Source: Nitrosomonas europaea (GTDB lineage Bacteria; Pseudomonadota; Gammaproteobacteria; Burkholderiales; Nitrosomonadaceae). From it: a stretch of 32,000 bases of DNA. The notes beneath the pieces were generated by a model. The model was not told the origin of the DNA, made no database searches, and worked only from the letters and a program-made list of their open reading frames with translations. Of the stretch, positions 9,837-18,584 are shown piece after piece. The stretch spans positions 30,001 through 62,000 of the forward strand of contig NZ_FUWK01000001.1 of the NCBI RefSeq assembly GCF_900167395.1. Direction: 5' to 3'. Within the stretch, counting starts at the first letter, position 1. Every line of letters starts with the position of its first letter. The position numbers were made by a program, and so were the translations under genes.

Positions 9837-12800
9837 GTGATGTCGTCTCTTTCCCAACCCAAGGGCTTAGTATTCGACCTGGAGGTGGTGCCGCCCAAGG
9901 GCAAACAGCCTGCCTGTATTGTGATGGTGGGTGCCTTGCGGCCAGATTCCAGTGCTGAGCTGGAGTTGAAGGTGACTGGAGACCCGTCCTCGGCTCTGCA
10001 GCAACTGGATGCGCTGTCTGAGGGGGCGAGTTTCGTGCTTGGGCACAATGTCATCGCACATGACTTACCCATCTTGCGCGAACATTCTCCCAATATGGCC
10101 CTGCATACTCTGCCAGTCATAGATACGTTGCGTTTATCTCCGTTGGCGTTTCCGCAGAATCCGTATCACCGGCTGGTCAAGGATTACAAACTCATCCGCG
10201 ACAGCCTCAACTCACCCCTGTCCGACTGCCGCTCGACTCTGGTTCTTTTTCAGGATCAACGCCAGGCTTTCACACAGTTGAACGAGAGCAACCAGGCGGA
10301 GCTTCTCTGCTACCAGACGTTGCTGGCGCCGAGTATGAAGGGGAATCTAGGCGCCTTCTTCGCGTCCTTAACTGGGCAGTCTCCGGTATCTGTACCCGAG
10401 CTCAGAACGCTGGTTCCGCAATTGCTGCAAGAGACGGATCCGTCGCAACCGCGGGATTTGAAGGTATGTCGAGCACGATTGGAGCAATTACTCGAAGAAG
10501 ATCTGCAACAGGAGGATCTACACTGGCCGTTGGCCTATGCGTTAGCCTGGCTCCGGGTATCTGGTGGCAACTCGGTGTTGGCACCCTGGGTGCGGCATCA
10601 GTTTCCGGAGGTTGGCCGACTAATTTCCGAACTGCGTGATGCACCGTGTGAGCGAGAGGATTGCCAGTATTGTCAGACGACGCATGACCCACGCCACGAG
10701 CTAAAGCGTTACTTCGGCTTCCCTGATTTTCGCTACGAGCAGCCAGGGGAAAGTCTTCAGCACGATATCGTGCTGGCCGGCATGCGTGGCCAGCATGTAC
10801 TGGCCATCCTGGCGACCGGCGGGGGCAAGTCGCTATGTTATCAATTGCCGGCGTTGAACCGGTTCCATCGTAACGGCAGTCTTACCGTCATCGTTTCGCC
10901 GTTGCAGTCACTGATGAAGGATCAGGTCGACGGACTGCTGGAGCGCAACGTCCAGTGCGCCGCAGCGCTGAATGGCCTGCTTACCATGCCGGAGCGCGCC
11001 GAGGTACTGGAGAAGATCCAGATGGGCGATGTCGGCATTTTGCTTGTGTCGCCCGAGCAGTTCCGCAACAAGGCTTTCCGGCGAGCGATCCGTCAGCGTC
11101 AGGTTGGTGCCTGGATTTTCGATGAGGCGCACTGCCTGTCGAAATGGGGCAGCGACTTTCGGCCAGACTACCTTTATGTGTCCCGCTTCATCCGGGAGTA
11201 CACCGGTGACCAACCGCTGGCGCAGATCGGCTGTTTTACCGCGACGGCCAAGCCCGATGTGCTCGCGGATATTCAGAGCCACTTCAGGGAAAGCCTGGGC
11301 ATTGAATTCAAGGTGTTCCCCGGAGGGCACGAGCGAACCAATCTGCATTTTGACGTGCTGCCCTGCACCAAGGCAGAGAAGTGGTCGCGTACCGATCGCT
11401 TGCTGCACGAGCATCTTGACAGCCAGGAGGGCGGTGCAGTCGTCTTCGTTTCCAGCCGTAAGAGTGCTGAGGAGCTGTCAGACTTCCTGATAGGTCAAGG
11501 CTGGCCTTGCAAGCACTTCCATGCCGGTCTGGAGCCCAACACCAAAACGGATATCCAGGACGACTTCAAAGCAGGACAACTGAGAATCATCGTTGCCACC
11601 AACGCCTTCGGAATGGGCGTGGACAAGGCTGATATCCGTCTCGTCATACATGCCGACATACCGGGATCGCTGGAGAATTACCTGCAGGAGGCGGGCAGAG
11701 CTGGACGTGATCAGGGCGATGCGCGCTGCGTGCTGTTGTACGACCCGCAGGACATCGAAACCCAGTTCGGCATAAGCGAGCGCTCGAAGCTCAGTATTCG
11801 CGACATTCAGCAGATCTTGCGCAAGTTGCGTAACGAGAGCAATCGGCGAAAGGGGGGCAAGTTGGTCATCACAGCGGGTGAAATCCTGTTGGATGATGAT
11901 GTCGATACCAGTTTTTCCGCGGACGAGCGCGATGCAGAAACCAAGGTCGTTACGGCGGTTGCCTGGCTGGAGCGTGGCGATTACCTCAAACGTGAGGAAA
12001 ACCATACACAGATTTTCCCAGCACGACTGGATATGAGTGAGAAAGAGGCCGAGAAGCGCTTGCTGAAAGCCAAGCTGCCGCAGCGTCGATTGGAGGAGTT
12101 CAGGGCTATTTTGCGCTTTCTCTACGGCGCCGATGCTGATGAGCGGGTGAACACCGACCAGTTGATGCAGTTGACCAGTCTGGAGTCGGAGGAGGTTGCC
12201 AGCGCACTCAAACAATTGGAGGAAATGGGGCTGCTGGTCAACGACTCGCAGATCACGCTGTATGTGCGCCACGGTGTGACCGGGGCTTCCAGTCAACGCC
12301 TGCAAAGCTCCCTGGAGTTGGAAAGGGCTTTGCTGCAGCGCTTGCCAGAGCTGGCGTCTGACGCCGGGCAGGGGGAGTGGCAAGATCTGAATCTGCCGGC
12401 ACTGGCCGCTGAGCTCAAGGCGGACACCAGGCAGGGAGATCTCCTGCCGCTCCAGGTGCTGCGCTTGTTGCGCAGCCTGGCCGACGATCATGATGCCAAT
12501 AGCCAGCAGCGCAGCAGCTTCGAGTTACGGCAGCTCAACCGTGATTACCTCAAGTTGCGTATCAAAGGCGGACATTCCTGGCGGCAGATCGAACGTTTCG
12601 GTGAAAAGCGCCGCGCTCTGGCTGGCGTATTGATGGAGTTCCTGATCGGTAAGCTGCCCCCCGGCTCGCGCAACAAGGATCTGCTGGTTGAGACGAGTTT
12701 TGGCGAGTTGGTCAAGGCATTGGAGTCTGATCTTGAGCTGCCCCATCTCATCGCTCCGGATCAGCGCCGCAAAGCAGTTGAGCATGTGCTGCTCTATCTG

Positions 12801-14963
12801 CATCGGCAGGACATTTTGACCCTCAACCACGGCATGACGGTCATGCGTCGAGCCATGACCATCGAGGTCAAAAAGGAAGACAAGCGCAAGACCTTCCTCA
12901 AGGAGGATTACCTGCGACTCGACGAGCACTACCGTGAGAAGCGTATCCAGGTTCATGTGATACATGAGTATGCCGAAGTGGCGCTGAAGGAGATGGCCGA
13001 AGCGTTGCGCTTGGTACTGGATTACTTCACTGACTCCAAGCAGGCATTCATCAAGCGCCATTTTGCCGGGAGGGAAGATGTGCTCAAGCTGGCGACCAGC
13101 GAGGCGTCATGGAAGTCGATCATCGAGTCGCTGAGCACTACTCAGAAACTGATCGTCGCCGACGATGATGACATCAACCGGCTGGTGCTGGCCGGGCCGG
13201 GCTCCGGCAAGACACGTGTGATCGTGCACCGCATTGCTTACCTGCTGCGGGTGCGGCGAGTGCCGGCGACTAGCATCGTGGCGCTGACCTTCAACCGCCA
13301 TGCAGCGAACGAGATCCGTAAACGGCTGTTGGCCCTGGTCGGGGCCGATGCTTACGGTGTCAGCGTTCTGACCTATCACAGCATGGCCATGCGTTTGACC
13401 GGCACCCGCTTTGAGCGAGGTGATACGGTTGACGAACGAGCCCTCAAGCGGGTACTGAGCGATGCTGTCGAGTTGCTGGAAGGCAAGCGCAATGTTGAGG
13501 GCGAGGACAACCTACGCGAGCAGTTACTGCGCGGATACCGTTACATCCTGGTTGACGAATACCAGGACATCGACGATCTGCAATACCGCCTGGTCAGTGC
13601 TCTGGCCGGACGGCACGCGGAAGAGGATGGCCGGTTGTGCATCATGGCAGTAGGTGACGATGACCAGAACATCTATGCCTGGCGCGATACCAACAACCGT
13701 TATATTGAGCGTTTCCGCGAGGACTATGAGGCGTCGATCAGCTTCCTGGTCGATAACTACCGTTCTTCCCTGCGTATCATTGAAGCGGCCAACCAACTCA
13801 TTGGCCAGAATTCGGCTCGTCTGAAAGAGGCCAATCCCATCCGGATCGACAGAGCACGGCAAGAGCTGCCTGCCGGTGGGCTATGGGAAGAGCAGGATAA
13901 ACAGCGGAAAGGCCGGGTACTGAGATTGCTGATCGACCCGAGCGACCGTGAGCGCGGCAATCTGCAGGCTCAGGCGGCCATGCTGGAGTTGGAGCGGTTG
14001 CTGGTGCTCGAGCAAGGGAGTTGGAACGGCTGTGCGGTTCTGGCTCGGACGCACCGCTATCTGTGGCCAATCCAGGCCTGGTGTGAGCAGCACGATATTC
14101 CTTATTTCCTGGCAGCAGACAAGGAAACGGCGTTACCCATTACTCGGCAGCGCAGTTTTGTGGCTGCAATCGACTCTCTGCGAGAAATCGAAAGCGCTTT
14201 GTGCGCGGCTGACGCATGGCTGCGTTTGTCGGGTAGCAATCAACTGGTGGAAGCCGAGTGGAAGAGTTTTTTCCAGACGGCCTTTGAGCAAATGCGAGGA
14301 GAGTTGGGCGACTGCCAACTTGGCAGTGGTGCCTTGATCGACTGGCTGTACGACTACGCCCGTGAATTGCGCCAACAGCCGAAGGAAGGTCTCTATCTTG
14401 GCACCGTGCATTCGGCCAAAGGGCTGGAGTTCCGCCATGTCGTTCTGCTGGATGGTGGCTGGAGCACGCAGGTCGATACCCTGGCCGATGAGCGACGTTT
14501 GTACTACGTAGGTATGACACGAGCCGAACAGACTCTGGCGTTGTGCGAGTTTGCTGACGGCAACCCATTTAGCCGCAGCCTGATGAAGGGGGTTCAGCAA
14601 CACGCGTTCCAGGGACAACCTCTTCCTGAGCTGGAGCTGCGTTTTCAGCAGCTTACGCTGAAGGAGATCGACATTAGTTTTGCCGGTCGTCAATTACCGC
14701 ATGCCCGGATACACAAGGCGATTGAGGCGCTTCGCGAGGGAGATCCGCTGACGTTGAAGGAAGAGGCTGGCCGCTATCAACTGCTCGACAGGCAAGGCAA
14801 CGTAGTAGGGCGAACCGCCAAGTCGTTCCAGCCACAGATTGGCTTCGCTCACTGTGAAGTTGCGGTAGTCATAGTGCGTTTTGCCGAGGATAGTGAGGAG
14901 CAATATAGGGATTTGAATAAGTGTGAGCGCTGGGAGGTGGTTGTGCCGCGAGGGAGAGGGTAG
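9837..14963 (+). CDS. 1708-aa fusion protein: DEDD-type 3'-5' exonuclease-like domain + RecQ-type SF2 helicase + unassigned middle region + UvrD/Rep-type SF1 helicase + small C-terminal domain
   Basis: This is a single uninterrupted ORF starting at GTG 9837 or ATG 9840. Exonuclease-like motifs are FDLE (9873-9884), GHNVIAHD (10041-10064) and HRLVKD (10167-10184). The RecQ core shows ATGGGKS (10812-10832), DEAH (11121-11132), FTATA, ATNAFGMGVDK and QEAGRAGRD (11685-11711). The UvrD core shows GPGSGKT (13194-13214), ALTFNRHAANE, DEYQD (13554-13568), VGDDDQNIYAWR, NYRSS, VHSAKGLEF (14406-14432) and YYVGMTRA (14502-14525). Confidence 0.9.
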   Translation: MMSSLSQPKGLVFDLEVVPPKGKQPACIVMVGALRPDSSAELELKVTGDPSSALQQLDALSEGASFVLGHNVIAHDLPILREHSPNMALHTLPVIDTLRLSPLAFPQNPYHRLVKDYKLIRDSLNSPLSDCRSTLVLFQDQRQAFTQLNESNQAELLCYQTLLAPSMKGNLGAFFASLTGQSPVSVPELRTLVPQLLQETDPSQPRDLKVCRARLEQLLEEDLQQEDLHWPLAYALAWLRVSGGNSVLAPWVRHQFPEVGRLISELRDAPCEREDCQYCQTTHDPRHELKRYFGFPDFRYEQPGESLQHDIVLAGMRGQHVLAILATGGGKSLCYQLPALNRFHRNGSLTVIVSPLQSLMKDQVDGLLERNVQCAAALNGLLTMPERAEVLEKIQMGDVGILLVSPEQFRNKAFRRAIRQRQVGAWIFDEAHCLSKWGSDFRPDYLYVSRFIREYTGDQPLAQIGCFTATAKPDVLADIQSHFRESLGIEFKVFPGGHERTNLHFDVLPCTKAEKWSRTDRLLHEHLDSQEGGAVVFVSSRKSAEELSDFLIGQGWPCKHFHAGLEPNTKTDIQDDFKAGQLRIIVATNAFGMGVDKADIRLVIHADIPGSLENYLQEAGRAGRDQGDARCVLLYDPQDIETQFGISERSKLSIRDIQQILRKLRNESNRRKGGKLVITAGEILLDDDVDTSFSADERDAETKVVTAVAWLERGDYLKREENHTQIFPARLDMSEKEAEKRLLKAKLPQRRLEEFRAILRFLYGADADERVNTDQLMQLTSLESEEVASALKQLEEMGLLVNDSQITLYVRHGVTGASSQRLQSSLELERALLQRLPELASDAGQGEWQDLNLPALAAELKADTRQGDLLPLQVLRLLRSLADDHDANSQQRSSFELRQLNRDYLKLRIKGGHSWRQIERFGEKRRALAGVLMEFLIGKLPPGSRNKDLLVETSFGELVKALESDLELPHLIAPDQRRKAVEHVLLYLHRQDILTLNHGMTVMRRAMTIEVKKEDKRKTFLKEDYLRLDEHYREKRIQVHVIHEYAEVALKEMAEALRLVLDYFTDSKQAFIKRHFAGREDVLKLATSEASWKSIIESLSTTQKLIVADDDDINRLVLAGPGSGKTRVIVHRIAYLLRVRRVPATSIVALTFNRHAANEIRKRLLALVGADAYGVSVLTYHSMAMRLTGTRFERGDTVDERALKRVLSDAVELLEGKRNVEGEDNLREQLLRGYRYILVDEYQDIDDLQYRLVSALAGRHAEEDGRLCIMAVGDDDQNIYAWRDTNNRYIERFREDYEASISFLVDNYRSSLRIIEAANQLIGQNSARLKEANPIRIDRARQELPAGGLWEEQDKQRKGRVLRLLIDPSDRERGNLQAQAAMLELERLLVLEQGSWNGCAVLARTHRYLWPIQAWCEQHDIPYFLAADKETALPITRQRSFVAAIDSLREIESALCAADAWLRLSGSNQLVEAEWKSFFQTAFEQMRGELGDCQLGSGALIDWLYDYARELRQQPKEGLYLGTVHSAKGLEFRHVVLLDGGWSTQVDTLADERRLYYVGMTRAEQTLALCEFADGNPFSRSLMKGVQQHAFQGQPLPELELRFQQLTLKEIDISFAGRQLPHARIHKAIEALREGDPLTLKEEAGRYQLLDRQGNVVGRTAKSFQPQIGFAHCEVAVVIVRFAEDSEEQYRDLNKCERWEVVVPRGRG

Positions 14964-15300
14964 GAGCAACGCTGGATAGATCGCATGCGGATTTTTTGGG
15001 AGTTGGCTATAAGGCAAAATCTTTCATACGGCAATCGACCTGCACTGAATGGAGAGTGGATTGAAAATGGCAAGGAAGCGCAGAAGTAGAGGTAAGCCCA
15101 ATTTATCTGCCGGATTGACGTGGTTTAATGAAACCACATCAAGAGGATTCAAGACAACGATCAGACATGGGAGCGCTGGCGCGCCCGTGGCGATCATCAG
15201 CTACTACATGCCAGAGCGATGGAGCTTGATCCGGCGTTTGATCTCACGCAATACGCGATTTTCAACCAGCACCTCGACTGAGGCTGCGCCCCACGCATAA

Positions 15301-16158
15301 CGAGACAAACTCGAAGACATCGACGAGCAGATCAATGCGGGAATGACGCGAGAATACTTCATCGGTACCGTGCTGGTGTCGCCGACTGATCAGAAAAACC
15401 ATTATGAAGTCATAGATGGCCAGCAGCGCCTGACTACGTTCTTCCTGTTGCTGTGCGCTCTCAAGCATCTGTTTCAGGGTGAGCCGCAGCAGCAAGCCGT
15501 CAGTGGCTTGATCTCGACCAGCTACACGGACAACGATGGGGAAACGCGGATCAGCCTGAAGCTGGAGCCGCGCTACGAGAACGCGGGCGAAGTCATCACC
15601 AAGCTGGTGGAACTCGACGCCGACCCGCAGGTTGTGCGCGTAGGCATTCAGTCATCGAGCATCGCCAGCTTCGGGTCGCTGGAAAACCTGGTCAATGCCT
15701 ACGGCACGCTGTACCGATACCTGAAGGACAACTACGACAGCCCGGCCAAGCTGAAGAAATATTGGGGCTACCTGGCGAACGACGTAGTATTCATCCAGAT
15801 TTCCACGGACGTGAGCAGCGCCCTAAAAATCTTCGAGACGATCAACGAGCGCGGCGTCGGCCTCAACCCGATGGATTTGCTGAAGAACCTGCTGTTCACG
15901 CAGGTGGGGCAAGCGCAATTCACCCAGCTCAAGGATGAATGGAAAAAAATCACCAGGCCATTGGAGAAAGGGAAGGAAAAGCCGCTGTTCGACCATTTCG
16001 TGATGCAGTTGGAGAACTTTCTCTTCTACTACATCTTCACCAAGACGCCGACCAGAGATATGGAGCGCAGCTTTTCCCAATGGGCCAATGAACTGCGCGC
16101 GATCGCTGACGCTGCCGAATGTAGGTGCCACAACCAATGGCAAGGTATTGACTCCTGA
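15301..16158 (+). pseudogene. truncated DUF262 (ParB/Srx-fold, GmrSD / SspE / DndB-like) gene remnant
   Basis: The ORF 15343..16158 contains the DUF262 signature YFIGTVLV...YEVIDGQQRLTTFFLL. The upstream FQRxYxW-type block is missing. The same frame is closed by TAA at 15298-15300 just before KLEDIDEQINAG. There is no DUF1524/His-Me nuclease half. The last ~15 codons look like junction junk, and GC drops abruptly after about 16150. Confidence 0.55.
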
Positions 16159-16362
16159 TCTATGGAAAGGGCAATCTTGGCTCTATATGGTATTTTTCGT
16201 GGTTCGAGCGGTCGGTCTATGATCAATAGACTGATTCAAAAGGATTTTTACTGATTATTGATGACCGAGTGGATCCAGAAGAAATTAGACCACGACAGTC
16301 TTATACAGCTACAATAATTGATCTTGATAACGGTACCACCTTACTAACGGTTCATTACGTTT

Positions 16363-18447
16363 ATGAAAAATCCTCTGGAGGGTAGTGTCATACGGCGCGT
16401 GATGGTAGGCACCGATCGCTCCGAAACTGCCGACCAGACTGTTCAGTGGGCTGCCGGACTAGCGGACCGCTACGACGCAGAGCTATTCATAGTACAGGTA
16501 ATAGTACCGAAATATCCATCCGCCACAGAATTCGGTGAATCCGAACAAACAAGTGCTGTGGCTGCCAACAACGACCTGGCACACTTTGCGCGGCAGATTG
16601 CCGGAGAACGTGGCCATGCCCTGGTCGTCATTAATGCTGATCCGGCATTGGCGATCGTCCATGCCGCTGAGCAGGAAGCAATCGATGTCCTGGTGGTTGG
16701 CAATCTTGGCATGGCAGGTCGAAAAGAATTTTTGCTCGGTAACATACCGAACCGCATCAGTCACAATGCTCACTGTACTGTAATTATTGTAAATGCTGCG
16801 CACTCTGCCGATGAGCGTGCACCGCACTCGGTGCGAGCTTCCCTGTCTAATGATGAAATCCCGTCTTTTAAGCCTCGACTGGTAGCACGCGCTACGCATA
16901 TCGCAGCCGTGATGGCAAAACATGGGCTCACAGAGCTGTTCAGCCAATCCGACCCAGATATATCCATCCGCCGCCAGCAGGCCAGGCGCTTACGTGGCGC
17001 CCTGGAAGAGCTGGGCCCGATATTCTCGAAACTCGGGCAAGTGTTATCAACCCGTCCGGATCTCCTTCCAATCGAATACATCGAAGAACTTGTACTGTTG
17101 CAGTCTCGCGTGCCGCCAATGACTGAGAGCGAGGTCGTCCGGGTCTCTGAACAGGAACTGGGTGTCCCGTGGGAGGATGTATTCAAGTCATTTGACCCGA
17201 ACCCTCTCGCCGCCGGCACAATCGCGCAGGTCCATCGTGCGACGCTCGAAACCGGTGACCGGGTCGTTGTCAAAGTTCAGCGACCCACTGCTCGTGCTGA
17301 TATCGAACAGGATCTCGCTCTGTTCGAGATGTTTGCGGAGAAAGTCGGGAAGCGTCCTGCGCTCAATCAGGTGATCAATATGGAGGATGTGTTCAAGCAC
17401 CTTTCCACCTCGCTCCATCGTGAACTCGACTTTCGCCAGGAGGCCAACAATATTGAGCGGATGCGGACAGTGCTCGCAGACTATGATCGTCTTGCCGTCC
17501 CCAGCATACACTGGGATCTGTCCACATCCCGATTACTGGTGATGGAAGAAATCCAGGGCATTCCGATCAAGCAGGCGCCAGCCGGTCCAGAGCGTATCCA
17601 GGCCGCTCGCCAACTGTTGGAGAGCTACTACAAACAGATCATCGTCGATGGTTTCTTCCATGCCGACCCTCACCCAGGCAACCTGATGTGGTGGAAGGAC
17701 TGCATTTATTTTCTCGATTTCGGAATGGTTGGCGCGGTAGGAGCCGATCTTCGCGAGCATCTTTTGTTAATGCTGATGGCTCTGTGGCAGGAAGATGCCG
17801 GGTTTCTCACCGATGTCACATTGATGATGACGAACGCTGTCAATAGCAACGATTTCGATGTGGCTCAATTCCAGAGCGAGATCGGGGAGGTGATGGCAAA
17901 ATATCGGGCCGCCTCGCTTGCTGAGATGCAGATCGGGCCGCTTCTGCAAGAAATGAGCACCGTCTCGTTACGACACGGGGTGCCGCTGCCGGCTTCGCTC
18001 ACGCTTGCCACCAAAGCACTTGCGCAGGTACAGCTGGCGACTGCTGAGCTTGATCCGACGCTCGATCCTTACGACGTGGCAGGCAAGTATCTGATGCGTT
18101 TGATGGTCAAACGCATCGGCGCCGCGCTCAATCCAAAAACATTCGTGTATCAGTCGCAGAAGTTGAAAGTACGGACTCTGCGCGTGATCGAAGCACTCGA
18201 AAACCTCGTCGGTGTCCGCCCTGGCGGTCCAAAACTTGTAGTGAACTTCAAGGCTAATTCGCTGGAGAATATCGTGCGTCACACAGGACGACGGCTGGCG
18301 CTCGGCCTGACCGCTGCGGCAAGTATTCTGACCAGCGGACTCACGACCATGTCTACGGCTGTTGCCGAGTGGGTACCAGTAACATTCGGGGCTGTTGCAG
18401 GTCTGCTGACTCTTGGCCTGGTTATCGATCTGCTGCGAGGACGTTAA
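16363..18447 (+). CDS. universal stress protein (UspA) domain fused to an ABC1/UbiB-family atypical kinase, with a C-terminal membrane anchor
   Basis: The USP domain (about aa 11-144) carries the nucleotide-binding motif G-x2-G-x9-G-N, read as GNLGMAGRKEFLLGN (16699-16743). The ABC1 motifs are LGPIFSKLGQVLSTRPDLLP, AAGTIAQVHRA, VVKVQRP, ELDFRQEANN, HADPHPGN (17659-17682) and DFG (17716-17724). A hydrophobic tail spans aa 644-690. Confidence 0.85.
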   Translation: MKNPLEGSVIRRVMVGTDRSETADQTVQWAAGLADRYDAELFIVQVIVPKYPSATEFGESEQTSAVAANNDLAHFARQIAGERGHALVVINADPALAIVHAAEQEAIDVLVVGNLGMAGRKEFLLGNIPNRISHNAHCTVIIVNAAHSADERAPHSVRASLSNDEIPSFKPRLVARATHIAAVMAKHGLTELFSQSDPDISIRRQQARRLRGALEELGPIFSKLGQVLSTRPDLLPIEYIEELVLLQSRVPPMTESEVVRVSEQELGVPWEDVFKSFDPNPLAAGTIAQVHRATLETGDRVVVKVQRPTARADIEQDLALFEMFAEKVGKRPALNQVINMEDVFKHLSTSLHRELDFRQEANNIERMRTVLADYDRLAVPSIHWDLSTSRLLVMEEIQGIPIKQAPAGPERIQAARQLLESYYKQIIVDGFFHADPHPGNLMWWKDCIYFLDFGMVGAVGADLREHLLLMLMALWQEDAGFLTDVTLMMTNAVNSNDFDVAQFQSEIGEVMAKYRAASLAEMQIGPLLQEMSTVSLRHGVPLPASLTLATKALAQVQLATAELDPTLDPYDVAGKYLMRLMVKRIGAALNPKTFVYQSQKLKVRTLRVIEALENLVGVRPGGPKLVVNFKANSLENIVRHTGRRLALGLTAAASILTSGLTTMSTAVAEWVPVTFGAVAGLLTLGLVIDLLRGR

Positions 18448-18461
18448 AGATAAAAACAGTT

Positions 18462-18584
18462 TTACGATGCAGAGTTGTTCCGCGCCGAAAATTTTGTGCC
18501 ACTGCGCTTGATCGAACGTAATACAACCCTCTCGATCAGATAGGCGATGATCATCATTACCATACCTAATAGCCAGCGTTCCAT
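18462..18584 (-). CDS. hypothetical 40-aa single-TM peptide (very tentative)
   Basis: The internal ATG of the minus ORF 18462..18704 gives MERWLLGMVMMIIAYLIERVVLRSIKRSGTKFSARNNSAS, a TM helix followed by a basic tail. There is no convincing RBS and I recognise no family. Confidence 0.15.
   Translation of the reverse strand: MERWLLGMVMMIIAYLIERVVLRSIKRSGTKFSARNNSAS

Noticed and set aside
11478-12491. A 337-aa minus-strand ORF, plus others at 10908-11414, 12525-13061, 13524-13862 and 14133-14693, all antisense to the helicase gene.
   Set aside because: They lie entirely inside a plus-strand ORF with unambiguous helicase motifs. Their translations are Leu/Gln/Arg/Pro-rich with no motifs. This is the typical shadow-ORF pattern of a GC-rich gene.
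14980-15000. The sequence cgcatgcgg followed by tttttt after the helicase stop, considered as a terminator.
   Set aside because: The palindrome cgcatgcg has no loop and only about 4 bp per arm, so it is not a stable hairpin.
15049-15300. An 83-aa ORF (MESGLKMARKRRSRGK...) between the helicase and the DUF262 remnant.
   Set aside because: It is in the same frame as the DUF262 ORF and separated from it by a single TAA. The sequence is basic and Ser/Thr-rich with no motifs. I treat it as part of the degraded 5' region of the pseudogene rather than an independent gene.
16201-16209. A ggttcgagc T-loop-like string that could indicate a tRNA or tRNA fragment at the island seam.
   Set aside because: The flanking bases (cgtgg / ggtcg) cannot form a T-stem, and no acceptor or anticodon arms can be drawn. 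The similar ggttcgctc at about 9588 also fails.
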